Program-made: the position numbers and the translations under genes
Notes under the pieces: generated by a model
Databases searched by the model: none
Seen by the model: the letters and a program-made list of their open reading frames with translations, nothing else
What the model was told of the DNA's origin: nothing
NCBI GenBank assembly: GCA_001724245.1
Contig: MEDX01000029.1
Location: 1 to 52,843, forward strand
Reading direction: 5' to 3'
DNA from: Fonticula-like sp. SCN 57-25
Taxonomy: Eukaryota
Length of the DNA: 52,843 nt
Shown here: one piece after another, positions 1 through 11,524 of the stretch
Numbering within the stretch: the first letter of the stretch is position 1
Layout: every line of letters begins with the position of its first letter

Positions 1-886
1 CGCGGCTCGCGAGCCACAATTTCGGCTTCTTCAAGTATAGGTCATCCTTGCGCGACTTATACACCTCCACGACAACGCTACACAGAGAAAGGACCCAGCT
101 GAGTGTGACACTTCCTTTCCTGACAGAGCTGGTACACTCGTGACAGGGTTGACCTGGTTTGTCTGGAAAAACGCTTAGGACCCAAAGGACCAGCGGCCTT
201 CATTCTGCTCGTCCGTTACATCCTAAGCGGTTCTCCAGTTGCTTCAAGTACAGGGCATCCTTTCCTGTCTTGTACAACTCCACAACAAGGCTACACAGAG
301 CAAGGACCCAGCTGAGTGTGACAGCTGTGAACTGCCACCCGATGCCAAAATCCAAAATGGCAAAAAACACCCCGACAAGGTGAAGGCCCGAGCGGGTCAG
401 CCCGAGCTGCGAAAATGGTTTGGTAGTTTTCCAAAACCTTTGGACGCTCGCGAGCCACAATTTCGGCTTCAAGTATAGGTCTACCTTTCCTGGCAGAGCT
501 GGTACACTCGACTGGGTTGACCAGGAGAGACTGGAAAAACGCTTAGGATCCAAAGGACCAGCGGCTTTCATTCCGCTCGTCCTTGAGACCCTTAGCGGTT
601 CTCCAGTCTCTTCATGTAGAGGTCGCCCTTGCGCGACTTGATCACCTCCACACCCTGGATGGCCGCGGAGATGGCCAGGCTGAGCAGAGCAGCTGCCACC
701 TGCCAACCAACGGCAACCTCAAAAAAAACAAAAAAAAGTGCGAGAAGGTGCAGACCAGACCTGGTCAGCTCGAGCACTGCGAAAATGGTCTGGTTGTTCT
801 CCAAAGACCTTTGGACGCTGGCGAGCCAAAGCGTCAGCTTCTTCAACCACTCCCACTTGGGGTTTCCGGGGAAAAGCGGGTCCTAG
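1..886 (-). repeat. Degenerate tandem/mosaic repeat (about 370-bp period, at least 2.5 copies) encoding small hydrophobic ORFs
   Basis: Recurrent blocks such as GGAAAAACGCTTAGGAxCCAAAGGACCAGCGGC near 165 and 533, and CTCGCGAGCCACAATTTCGGCTTC near 6 and 447. Translated copies share LWLASVQR..TRSGLHL..GWQ..LY(L/M)KxLENR. Confidence 0.8.
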
Positions 887-1244
887 AATGGTTGCCTGGA
901 AATAAAGGCAATCTCGGGGACGCGCGGGAGGCTTCTTGTTAATAACTGGTACGGAATATAACGCTTTTATTCCATACTAGCTATATCGCGAATTGCGACA
1001 ATTGTATCTCAAATGAATCGGGCCCGATACATAATAATAAAAAACATGAAAATACCCTTAACTATCCGCCCTTCTCTATTGGAACTTGAGTAAAAGCTGC
1101 CCTACTTTCCTGTTAATAACAACAGTACGGATACTTGTACAGAACGGATACTTGTTGCTTTCGAATTGCATACACCGCCAAATTGTGATTCATACAGCAA
1201 GTCGGTTTGAAACCAACTATTCGAGTTGCTGATTGGCCGCCACG

Positions 1245-2491
1245 ATGCAGCGCGCCATTGAGGTGGTGGGCGGCGTGCCCACGGTGACGCTGCGCCTCGC
1301 CTGCCGCGAGGACCGTCGCCACGCGGCCGTCCCGACGCTCGTTGTCATTCCGGGCAACCCGGGTGTCATTGATTATTATTCTGTTTTCATGCAGGGCGTG
1401 TATGACTCGCTCGATGGCGCCATCGACGTCGTGGGGAGTGCGTGCCACTACGTGCTGAGCGTCCGCGCTAACACTCGCCTTAGTCGAACATGCGGGCCAC
1501 AGCACGTCGACACAGTGGAGTGCGCGTTCGTTTGGGATAGTCGAGCAGGTTCAGCACAAGGTCGCGTTTGTCGAGCGCGAGCGCGCGTCTCGGCCCGAGT
1601 CGCTGCTCATGATCGCGGGCCACTCGGTCGGCGCGTATATCTGCCTTGAGCTGCTCGGCCAGCGCTCAGACCTTAATATTCTAAAGTCATTCATGCTTCT
1701 TCCGACGCTGCACGACATTGGCGCGACGCCCAATGGCGCCAAGCTGACGGTATGTCTTGTCCGATCAATCGCCCGCGCTGACGCCTAGTTAAGCCCGTGT
1801 TTGACCCAGTCCCACGCTCGCTCGTCGCCGGCTTTGGCGGCCTCCTCGGCTTTCTCCCCCTTGGCTTGCGCGCGCGCCTTGTATCGGCCGCCACCGGCCA
1901 GCAGCCGGAACACGCGCGCATCACCGCCGAGAATCTCGCCGGCGCGGGCGTCATCTGGAACGCGCTCAAGATGGCCAACACCGAGATGCAGCTCATCCGC
2001 GAAGTCAACCGCAAGGCGCTGCAGGACAACGTGTCGCGAATTGTCGCGTTCTACGGCCAGGTAGACGGGTGGGTACCGACGCACCACCGCGAGGCGCTCA
2101 AGGCGTCGCACCCAGACGGTACGACGCGAGTCGATCCGACATCGCCGCTGACCTTACGTTTAGTGGACGTGCGCGAGTGCCCCTCCAGCATTTTGCACGC
2201 GTTTGTCCTCAATGACGACGCCAGCCGACTGCTCGCGGGCGACGTCGCTGACGTAATTAAAAAGAGCGTTGACGACCACGCCAAGTGCGTTTAGATCATG
2301 CGATCGCCCCATTGCTCACACGTTAGAACAGGTCGGTGGACGCAAAGGTGCAGCTCAGGCAGGCGCTCGAGCGCGCGGACTCGAGCCTCGAGTCGCTTGC
2401 GTCGTCGGCTTCGGGAAGCGATGCCGGCGTGCTGCAGGCCGTCGGCGTCGCCGCCCCTTTCGTCGCCACACTGGCATCATTTTTGTTGTAA
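1245..2491 (+). CDS. LDAH: Lipid droplet-associated hydrolase (alpha/beta hydrolase), 5 exons
   Basis: IPGNPGVIDYY, nucleophile elbow GHSVG, FYGQVDGWVP, HAFVL. Canonical introns; last exon (from about 2332) ends TAA 2489-2491. Confidence 0.88.
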
Positions 2492-2696
2492 TTTCACTAT
2501 GAGTATTTCTTGTACACGGATGGACATCACACGAAGTACCGAGCGGCTGTGCATTCGCTTTCGCGGCCCTTTTGTATCAAGTGTAATAGAGCGTTTCATT
2601 GATGATCACCCGCGGATCCGCCGTTTGAATCATGGCCACGTGCACGATTTCAGCCTTTACGTCCATCCACGTGGGGTTTACCTTTGTCGCACGAGG

Positions 2697-3718
2697 ATGC
2701 TGTCGGCGGCATGGAGGGCGGTCTGCCCGTCGCCTTTGCTCGCGAAACAGAGGTGCGCTGGCTCGCACTTGCTCGATATTGTTTACATTTTACTTATGCT
2801 ATTTATATTACGTCTTTTTTCTTTCTTTGTACCTTGTAGTGGGGCGCGTTTCCTCGCCCGATTCCAGCGTAATGTGGGCGGCCGGCCTTCCCCCGGCCCT
2901 CGCATCAGGCCGCGCGTGCGTCCCGCTCGGCCAGCCGGTGCCGAGCAGCCGCCCGGCATGGCGTCGTCGATCACGGCCGAGTCGGCGCCGTCCGTCGTTT
3001 CGCCTCTTTTCGACGAGATCACGATGACGCCAGCGGTATTGGACAAGAACATTCGCCAGGTGCGACGCCAATCTCAAGAGCGTGCTCTTTGCTCACACTT
3101 TATCGACTAGGTTTCCAAGTCGTACCATATTGCCGGTAGCCACCGTAAAATGTCCAAGCTTGCCCGCCTCGTTCGCGGTCTTCCTCTTTCCAGCGGTTCG
3201 TCTCTTGCGAACGATCCCGGCATCCCTAACGCGATTTTCTAGCAATGGACCAGCTCACCTTTTCGCACAAGGGCGTCGCGCGCCACTTTTTGACTGTCCT
3301 TCGCTCGGCAAAGGCCAATGCTCAGGAGCGCGGCATGAGCGTTCCCGATCTTCATGTCTGTACGTGTTGAACGCCATCTTTTTCCGTACCGTGATCTTTA
3401 CTGTGGTGTCGCCTTCTGTGGTGTCGCCTTTGCTTCCATTGCTTTCCTTTGCTACTTTACCATTACTTTATTTTATTTTATTGCTTTCGTGTCTAACTAA
3501 TTGTTTTTCCAGCGTCAATTTATGTGACCCGCGGCCCGCAGAGCGGCATGATCGACTACAAGGGCCGCAGCCGCACGGGCCGGATCCTGCGCCGCTCGGG
3601 GCACCTTTTCGTGGAGCTGTCGCACAAGGCGCTCCCCTCCAAGCAGGAGGCCACGAAACAGCTTGTTGACCGCATCGCCAAGCGGCTCACCAAGAGGCTC
3701 AAGGTCTACAGGCATTGA
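2697..3718 (+). CDS. MRPL22: Mitochondrial ribosomal protein uL22m, 5 exons
   Basis: Spliced product contains SHRKMSKLARLVRGL, LRSAKANAQ and KGRSRTGRILRRSGHLFVEL, typical of L22. Arg/Ala-rich N-terminal presequence. Confidence 0.85.
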
Positions 3719-3886
3719 TGCGGCGGCGCACGTCGCAACTTTCAGATGAACGATTATGTACACAAGTATAAAATGATAAGAGGATAGAAACCAAGCGATG
3801 TGTTATGGTGCATAAAGTATTATTTGCTGAAACGAAAAGCGACAAATGTGAACAATGAAGGCCAAATATGATAACAAAAAGGGCCG

Positions 3887-4238
3887 TTAGCCGACAAGCA
3901 GCTCCATGATGATCCAGCAAATATTAAGCCCGATGAGCGGAACTAGGTCGGGTTAGCAGGCGCAAAGAGAGAAAGAAAGAAGAAAGACGCACTGCGCAGC
4001 AACGTTTGAACGGATCCGATGAGCGACACTACTTTGCTCTTTACGGAATTCTGCTGTCCGAATCCCAGCTCGGCCGACTGCGATCCCCACCCAACTGCCG
4101 ACGCGGTCGAGGTTAACAATACAACAAAGCAAAGTAAAAAGACGCACTTCGTGCAAGGAAACGCTCCTCGTTCAAAATTGCCGCCGCATTAATAAACAGC
4201 AGCACCGCCTTGAGGATGTGCCATATCGAAAACGCCAT
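3887..4238 (-). CDS. YOS1: Yos1/IER3IP1 ER-Golgi membrane protein, 3 exons
   Basis: Spliced product MAFSIWHILKAVLLFINAAAILNEERFLARIGW...SVKSKVVSLIGSVQTLLRIPLIGLNICWIIMELLVG; two GTGCGT..AG introns. Confidence 0.92.
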
Positions 4239-4342
4239 CGCGCACCGGTCTAAACGGCCGGAGCGGTTGCAACGAAGGTCGATTTGAGCTGCCCCTCCAG
4301 TGTTTGATGTTTCGCGTGGCGCGGAGGCACTTTACAGCAGCA

Positions 4343-5253
4343 ATGTCGGCCGCCGCGGATGCGCCCCCAAAGTCCCTTCCCCAGAAGCGCTATTTTCGGC
4401 AGCGCGCCCATAGCAACCCCTTTGCCGACCATGAGCTTGACTAGTGCGTGTTTTCGTTGCTTTTATTGTCGTTTGCTGACCCCATCGGCAGCCCGACGTC
4501 GCCTCAGACGATGAACTGGAGCGAGCACTACCCTGCCCACTTTAACGCCGACGGCTCGGCCAAGACCGGAGCGCGCGTCGAGATGGCCGACATTGGCTGC
4601 GGCTACGGCGGTCTTCTAAGTGCGCCTCTCTTTTTCTGCTTCTTTTTGCTTACCGTGTGCAGTGCAACTGGGCCTTCTCTTCCCCGAAAAGCTGTCGCTC
4701 GGCATGGAGATCCGCGTCAAGGTGTCCGACTATGTCCGCGAGCGGATAGAAGCACTTCGCGAGCAGCACGTCGGCCAGTACCAGAACGTGAGCGTGATCC
4801 GCGCCAACGCGATGAAGTATCTCCCCAACTTTTTCGCCAAGGGCCAGGTGCGCATTCCCCGTCGATCCCTGATCCCTGCTGACTGATGTTGTCGTGCAGC
4901 TCACCAAGGTGTTCTTCCTGTTCCCCGACCCGCACTTTAAAAAGGCCAAGCACAAGTGGCGCATCATCAGCCCGACGCTGAATGCCGAGTACGCCTACTG
5001 CCTCGCGCCCGGCGGCCTCGTGTACACGATCACGGACGTGCTCGCGCTGCACGAGTGGATGGCCAAGCACCTCTCCGAGCACCCGCTCTTTGAGCGCGTC
5101 AGCGACGTCGAGCTGCAGGACGACCCCGTCGTCGACAAGGTCCGCTTTAGCAGCGAGGAGGGCATCAAGGTCGCGCGCGCGCAGGGGCCAAAGTACCTCG
5201 CCGTGTTTAGGCGCATCGCCGACCCGGAGGAGGCGACCACCCCGGCGCCCTGA
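4343..5253 (+). CDS. METTL1: tRNA (guanine-N7)-methyltransferase catalytic subunit, 4 exons
   Basis: [61 protein letters not shown]. Confidence 0.96.
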
Positions 5254-5483
5254 ATATCGCCTTAGAATGTCGCAGTTTTCATATCTCTTTTTGTACAAAA
5301 TGCGCGTAGTTGATTTGGTGCGCAAACAAATAGGCCGCTGATACGATACCTTTTTGATATTTTTGATGGCCAAACCCTAAGGCAGCCCAATACTGTTGCA
5401 CATGTATTTACCGTCAAATTGCTCGGCCATGCCTATATCACTATAATATGTACAAAAAAACTGTATATCGTTGCATTACCTGT

Positions 5484-7860
5484 CTATACCCACACGAACG
5501 ACGCAGCCATGCGCTGCATCTCGCGCGCCGCGTCCCTCACCCCCGTTGAATTCATAAACCCATACGCCTCTTCCGAAAGCCCCTCTGCGTGCCGCCTCGC
5601 GTCGCCTATCGCATCCTTGACCTTTTCTCCCACGGCCGCCATCGTCAACCCTGCGGCAAACTCGCGCGCCGCCTCCCTTATCGACGACCGCAGCTTCTCC
5701 TGCGTCGCGAGCCGCTGCAGCGACCCGACGAGCCGGTGCGCGAGCAGCCGCGCAAACGCGCCGCGCGTCGCCACGTGATCGTCCACAGAGACGACCATGC
5801 CGCACCCGCGGCAGAGGTAGTGCTGCGCGAGCTCCGTGTCGACCGTCACGACGACGGCGTCCGACGCGAGCGCGAGCCGCAACGCAGTCGGGTCGCTGTC
5901 GAGGCGGTCGGGCTCGAGAAGCACAATGACCGCGTCGGCGCCGCGAAGCGCGGCTTCATCGACGGGTTCGCACGACGCGGTCAGCTTGCCGGCGGCGCTC
6001 CACTCTACGAGCTCGCGCGAGGAGGCGCGAAGGATGTCGAGCGATGAGGCGTCGGGGACGCGCACGTCAGCTGTCCATGGGACGGCGTCAAGCATGCTTT
6101 CCATGCGGCGGACGACGAGAACGCCGAGATCGGCGCCGCCGGGCTGAACCACGACGACCACGTGAAAGCCTTCAGCGGTCTTTTCCTCATTATTGTGCTC
6201 GTTTTCGTCGTGCGGCGGCAGGGGATAGTGAAGGAGCCGCGTAGATGACGCGACCTGGCCGGCGCTCAAAAAAGCCGCCGCCGGTGAGAATGAAATCTGC
6301 GCGTCGTACATTGCATGCATGCCGCGCGACGCGGCGATGGCGGGGATGACGCACCGCGCGCCGCACTCGTCAATCCACTCTACGAGCGGGACCGGCGCGT
6401 CCACACATGAGCGCGAGCGCACATACGGAAGCAAAAGCGCCGCCGACGGCTCATTGCGAGAAATCAGCGCCGGTACGGCTCCATCATCGGTCAGCCGCGT
6501 GCGCAGCAGATAGCACATGAGCTCCCCAAGCAGCTGCTTTGGCACAAGCTGCGACGCAGAAATCACGTCATCCAGCATTGGCGCGTGCGACGGCACGGCA
6601 AATTCGGCCGCGGCCGGCGGCGCCGCCTTGCCCGTCCACCCGACAGGCCCCGGCTGCTCGCGCCATGCGACGATGAGCGGCGCGTCCACGAGGCCGCGCA
6701 GCATGTCGTCCTCGGCGTCGGTCATGGCGGACGACTCGAGCACGACGGACGACGCGCGGCCGCCAAAGGCGCCCTCAAAGTCGATGCGGTGCGGCAGGGG
6801 AAGACGCTTCATGCGCCAAAAGGCGGGGGTCGCGAGCGGCGCTTCGGCCCACGCGACGGCGCTCAAAGGGCGGATCGCGCGCGTCGGGTCGCTCTGGAGA
6901 GTCGCGCCGGCGCAGTCGCTTGGCTGGTAGCGCGCGTCGGGGTGCACAGAATACAGATATTCGCTGATTGTCCACTATACAGGTGTCAGCCCGTGGTAAG
7001 CAAACAAAATGACGTACCGCAGTGTAGCCGATGCGGTGGACGCTCCAGTGCAGCCAAGTAGAGACGAGCGCGACGTCGGCGCCGCACGCGGCGCGCAGCG
7101 AGTGCAGAGGCGATACACGGGCCTGCTTGAGCGCGGCCGTGCTAAACACCGCGCCGGGAGAAAGGCGCGACAGGGCGCGCACCTCGCGGCGGTCGACCGG
7201 CCAGTACCGCTGAAGGAGGCTGGCGCTGCCGTCGGGCGCCGCCTGCGCAGTCTCGTCGAAAGGGTTCCATGAGATGGGCGCGCCGTCCTTGCCGAGGTGA
7301 AAGGTCGAGACGGCGGCGACGCGATGCCGCGCGCGCATCACCCACGCAGCCTGCTCATGAAGGGTCGATGTGAACGAATCGCCGACATGCACAACCGAAT
7401 AGAGAAAGCATGTTGACATGTCAATTGCGCTATCAGCGACAGTAAATGGATCCCACATGGGGATCTCCTGAAGTGTGCGGACAAGATCGGGCTGGGGCAT
7501 CGGCACCGATGACGCGAGTAGCACCTGCTCGATGCTACCCGATTGCCCCATAAACAACAACTGGATCTCTTTCGCCGAGCTCCCAAAAAGAGATCGCGCG
7601 GTCGCCGCCGCTGCCGCTTCCATGTCAACGCCGTCCGCGCCGCCGCCATGCTGCAGGGCGACGATCGTCACGCACTGATGCTGGCGATCGGTCGGCTCGG
7701 GCTCAAAGGTTAGCGCCGTCGATCGCGCATAATATTGATTCTCCTCTACGCTTAGCGACGAAGCCGTCCCGTGCGGGTTATCAAACGAACGCCTGCCTCC
7801 CGATATTAAAATAATAATGCCAACGAACGCGAGCGCGCCCAGGCTGGCCGCTCGCCGCAT
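5484..7860 (-). CDS. Type II membrane glycosyltransferase-like protein (divergent GT2-like plus GT-B/GT4-like regions), 2 exons
   Basis: N-terminal signal anchor MRRAASLGALAFVGIIILISG. Spliced ..WLHWSVHRIGYTAWTISEYLY resembles a GT2 C-terminal motif; ADAVIVLL..ALRLALASDAVVVTVD resembles a GT4 motif. Canonical intron near 6975-7017. Confidence 0.45.
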
Positions 7861-8487
7861 CCCTCCTAGCTTGACACCTTGACAGCTTGACTGGGGCTTG
7901 AAGGGGCAGGAATGCTATAAGCAGACCGACCAAAACCGACTTTGCATGAGATCGAACCGATTGCCTACATCGTTTGTTTGACATTTATGGCAACTATTTG
8001 CACGGGCGTGTGAACGCCACATGTGGCGCTGCCCCAATCGATATTTGATTAGGAAAGTGGGTAGGGGTGAAAATAATTGCCTGGTTGAGGTGAATATCAC
8101 GAGCTGGGCGCGAGTATAGCTAGGGAGTCAAGACATTTTCTGCGGTTTGATGAGGAATATGCTCGGTTAGGGATGAAACTGAGCAAAAGAACGCACTAAA
8201 AGAACACACAACGTCCATACGAAAGCGGCCTCACTGATAGACTAGGAAAGTCTCAGTAGAGACGCGTTGATGACGGAAGGTCGGGTCAGCAAGTTATTAT
8301 GGTACTGTCCGATAGTGCTATATCGAGCTGCGATGTAAGGAAACAATGAAATACGTCGTCAAGCATGTGTATGTACAGCATATAGTCGTTTTCTTCCTTG
8401 AGAATTGTCCGCGCAATGGCCGCTAACCTTTCCCCACATTTCCCCGCCACCTGCAATCTTTATGGTGAGTCAGCATTTGCTTGGCGC

Positions 8488-8537
8488 CGAATCCACAGCG
8501 AATCCAGGCCGAATCTGCGCCGAATCTGCGCCGAATC
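8488..8537 (+). repeat. Five CGAATC motifs at exact 11-bp spacing upstream of the HECT start
   Basis: CGAATC at 8488, 8499, 8510, 8521 and 8532. Confidence 0.85.
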
Positions 8538-8544
8538 TCCCGCG

Positions 8545-10208
8545 ATGGGGACGGCGTTCTCGACGAGTGCCGCGCGCGACGAGAGCGACGATGTAGAAGA
8601 GATCGCGATAGATAATTGTTCCAATGAGTTGTTGAGAGGCGGCGGCGACTTGACAGAGGAGGAACTGCGCGAGGGGCTGCGCGCCGAGCGTGAGCATGAG
8701 GCCCGACGGGACGCCATCCAGACGCTCATGTCGCACAGCATGAGCGTGAGCCAGGTGACGATTGTGCTTCATTCTCTCCGCATTCTTGGTCTCTCTGATA
8801 CGCTACGGAACTGCTATGAGGTCATGCCCCATCTCTCTGTGCTCTCAAACGGATCCGACGTGGATACGTCGAGCGACATTGACGAAGGGCCTCCTTCAAT
8901 GTCCCTTAACGTGCTGCTCAAGCAGACATCAGGGTGGCTCCTTGCCCTTGCGCGATCGAATGTGCGCGTACAAATCCTTCCCCTGGTAGAGTACCCATTG
9001 AATGCCCCGTCCCTCTCCGAGCGCATGAGCGTGATCCGCTCGCAGCTGCGCATGTCGAGCGGGACGATCCCCAGCGAGCTCGACTTTGACAAGTCTGATC
9101 CCGTATCGTCGGCCCTCGAGGCGATCATGTCGCTTTCCCGCACGCAGCTCCGCAAGCCGCTCTGTGTTCGCTTCAACGGCCTCGACAGCGTCGCAGCAGA
9201 CTATGGCGGCGTCGCGCGCGAATTCCTCGCGTGCACCGCCGACGGCATCATGACGGGCCTGCTGCCACACATCGCCTTTGCCGGCCGAAAGGGCGAAGGC
9301 TTCCCGGACGCAAACAGCACGGCGACGCTCGCCGACGGCATTGTCTTTTACCGCGGTCTCGGGCGCCTCTGCGGCCTCTGCCTGCGGCACCCCGATTGGA
9401 TCCTTCCGCTCAACCTGTCGCCGGCGCTCTTCCGCGTCGTGTGCGGCCTGCCGATCACCTCGGACGACCTGCCGACAATAGACAGCGAGCTTGACGACCA
9501 ACTCAAGGGGCTCGCCGCGCTGCCGCTCCACCAGGTGGAGGCGCTCCAGCTCGTCTTTGCGGTCGAGCGGACCGTCCCCGACGCCGACGGGTCGACGCAG
9601 GCCGAGTTTTTGGTATGTCCCTATTAACTGTTCTTTTCGCTGACAGTTTTATTTAGAGAGGCGGCTCGGACGTGCACGTAACCGGCTTTAATGTATACAA
9701 CTATTATCTTTCGCGGCTCTTTTGGCGGCTGGGCGGCGGCTTCCGTAGCCTCCTCATCGCCTTTGCGCGCGGCTTCCACGACGCCGTGCCGCTCAACGTC
9801 ATCCAGGGCGTGCTCACACCCGAAGAGCTTTTACTGGCCGTGTGCGGCGAGCGCGAGCTGCCTTCCTCGCTGCTCTCGGACGTCGAGTTTGTTCAGGACC
9901 CGTTCAACACCGCGGCGGCCAATCACCGTCTCGAGGCGTCCTACAGGTGGTGCATTGGAAAGCTCACGCAGGAGGAGCTGCAGGGGCTGTGCCGCTTTGC
10001 TACTGGCGTGCAGCGCGCGCCAATCACGGGGTTTCCGACAAGATCGGGCAAGCTGCGCGTTGCGTTTGTCGCGCAGCTGAGCGACGCGCATAGGCCGGTG
10101 GCGCACACGTGCTCGTATCAGATTGATATGCCGCCGTACTCGGACGCCGTCATCATGCTCGCGCGCCTTAAAGAGGCTATCGGCACGACCGGCTTTCACA
10201 TTCTGTAA
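8545..10208 (+). CDS. HECT-domain E3 ubiquitin ligase, 2 exons
   Basis: AADYGGVAREFL, FYRGLGRLCGL, FARGFHDAVP, FATG, catalytic PVAHTC..IDMPPY, C-terminal GFHIL. N-terminus MGTAFS. Confidence 0.9.
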
Positions 10209-10467
10209 AGATATTGTTCATTAGGTTATGTGTACATGTTTTTGGCCATTATTGTACGGTTATTATGCCAATACACGAGTGATTTCAAGTATAGCAATTA
10301 TATATGCAGTGATTTTAATACGTTGTACGTCATGAAACGACTACTGGCGCGCTGCTTGGGCTACTTTCCCGGTGACACGTAATGCGATTTACAGTCACTC
10401 ACGTTTTTTCACCCCCGATTCTTCCCCTGATTGATCGTAGAAACCACTTTTGGAATCGACGCGTCTC

Positions 10468-10527
10468 CTGATTGGTGGACACGTAACATTGCGCAATCCG
10501 TCGAGTACCGCAAAATGCACTATAAAA
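10468..10527 (+). promoter_or_regulatory. Pol II promoter-like cluster: inverted CCAAT, GACACGTA, ATTGCGCAAT palindrome, TATAAAA
   Basis: CTGATTGG 10468-10475; GACACGTA 10478-10485 (also 10374-10381); ATTGCGCAAT 10488-10497; TATAAAA 10521-10527. Confidence 0.55.
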
Positions 10528-10549
10528 GGCGGGGTAAGATCCGGCATTT

Positions 10550-11520
10550 CGGTACGTACGGAGCCCGCTACCTCGCCACGAATTTAACGTGACTGCACGC
10601 GTTCCTGTGTTTAAGACTTGTTCCCTGATGGCCGCGCGTAGCCGGTCTTTTGCCCATGTCCGGGCAAAGATTGGTCGCGCGGTCGACGCCGCTCGCTCCA
10701 CCAGCATTGCCTCTGACTCCCCCCTGTCGTCGCCCACTGGCATGCCCCGCCAGCCCATCTTCCCGCGTCCCATCCCGGATAAGCGAGACATGAGCCGGCC
10801 GTGCTGTGCCGGTCTGCCTCGCGGGATGCGGTTTCGGATTTGCAACATGCTCATGGGTCAGCCGCCGATTGGGAAGAGGCCTCGCACAGGTCCGCATGGG
10901 TCTCCGTTACTTCCACTTCAAGTAACCCGTATGACTTCGCGTACGTCTCTGCCTGTCTCGGTGTTTAGCGCTTGCTAACATTGGCGCGCAGGGTGGGCGC
11001 GAATATTTTCCCCTCTCGGTCACACCAATATGCTTTCTTCGTTTGGGCTTTTGGACCGGCGTCAATGAGACTGTCGGACCGATCGCCTTTACTTTGAGGA
11101 TTGAGCAAGGTCTATGCGCCCATATTGAGGCACTTGACTTTAATCTTTCCTCACGCGCGCCACCACTAGCATCCACGCTATCACCATTTTGGTGCTTCGC
11201 CTCTGGGCCCGGCAACGCTCCCCCATTCTTTCCCTCTTCTTTTGATTGGGACGGGGGTGGCGGCCGGCGCTCTTTGGCTTTGTGGAGGTGGCCGCGAACC
11301 TGGGACCGGCGCGCGCTCAACCAGCCTGCTTCGCGCTTTGCGCAGCTTTCGTTGTTATTTCTCTTTTTTCCCCTCCCTTTCTTTTTAGATAAGCAAGAGC
11401 GCGCGAGTATAGAAGGTATGCCGCCATGTAGTTAACTAACGATTGTGCGCAGGTACCAGCCGTCATAGACTGTATTCATGGTATTCAAAGTGTAATATTT
11501 GTACAAATGCAGAAATAAAA
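10550..11520 (+). other. Putative spliced transcript: orphan ORF of about 129 aa or structured lncRNA
   Basis: Intron-like segments 10552-10615, 10941-10991 (GTACGT..GCTAAC..CAG) and 11416-11452 (GTATGC..ACTAAC..CAG). Spliced ORF 10628-11068 has no recognisable domain. Confidence 0.4.
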
Positions 11521-11524
11521 GGGG

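Noticed and set aside
8146-8260. TTGATGA..CTGA/GAAAC and a hairpin suggesting a C/D snoRNA or hammerhead ribozyme
   Set aside because: Box C and core are imperfect, stem II does not pair, and I recognise no rRNA complementarity.
10619-10641. GTT CCC TGA resembling an antizyme +1 frameshift site, near ODC
   Set aside because: The +1 frame hits TAG within four codons and no antizyme-like sequence follows.
11084-11095. TCGCCTTTACT resembling U5 snRNA loop I
   Set aside because: Only three Us instead of four, with no flanking stem or U5 architecture.
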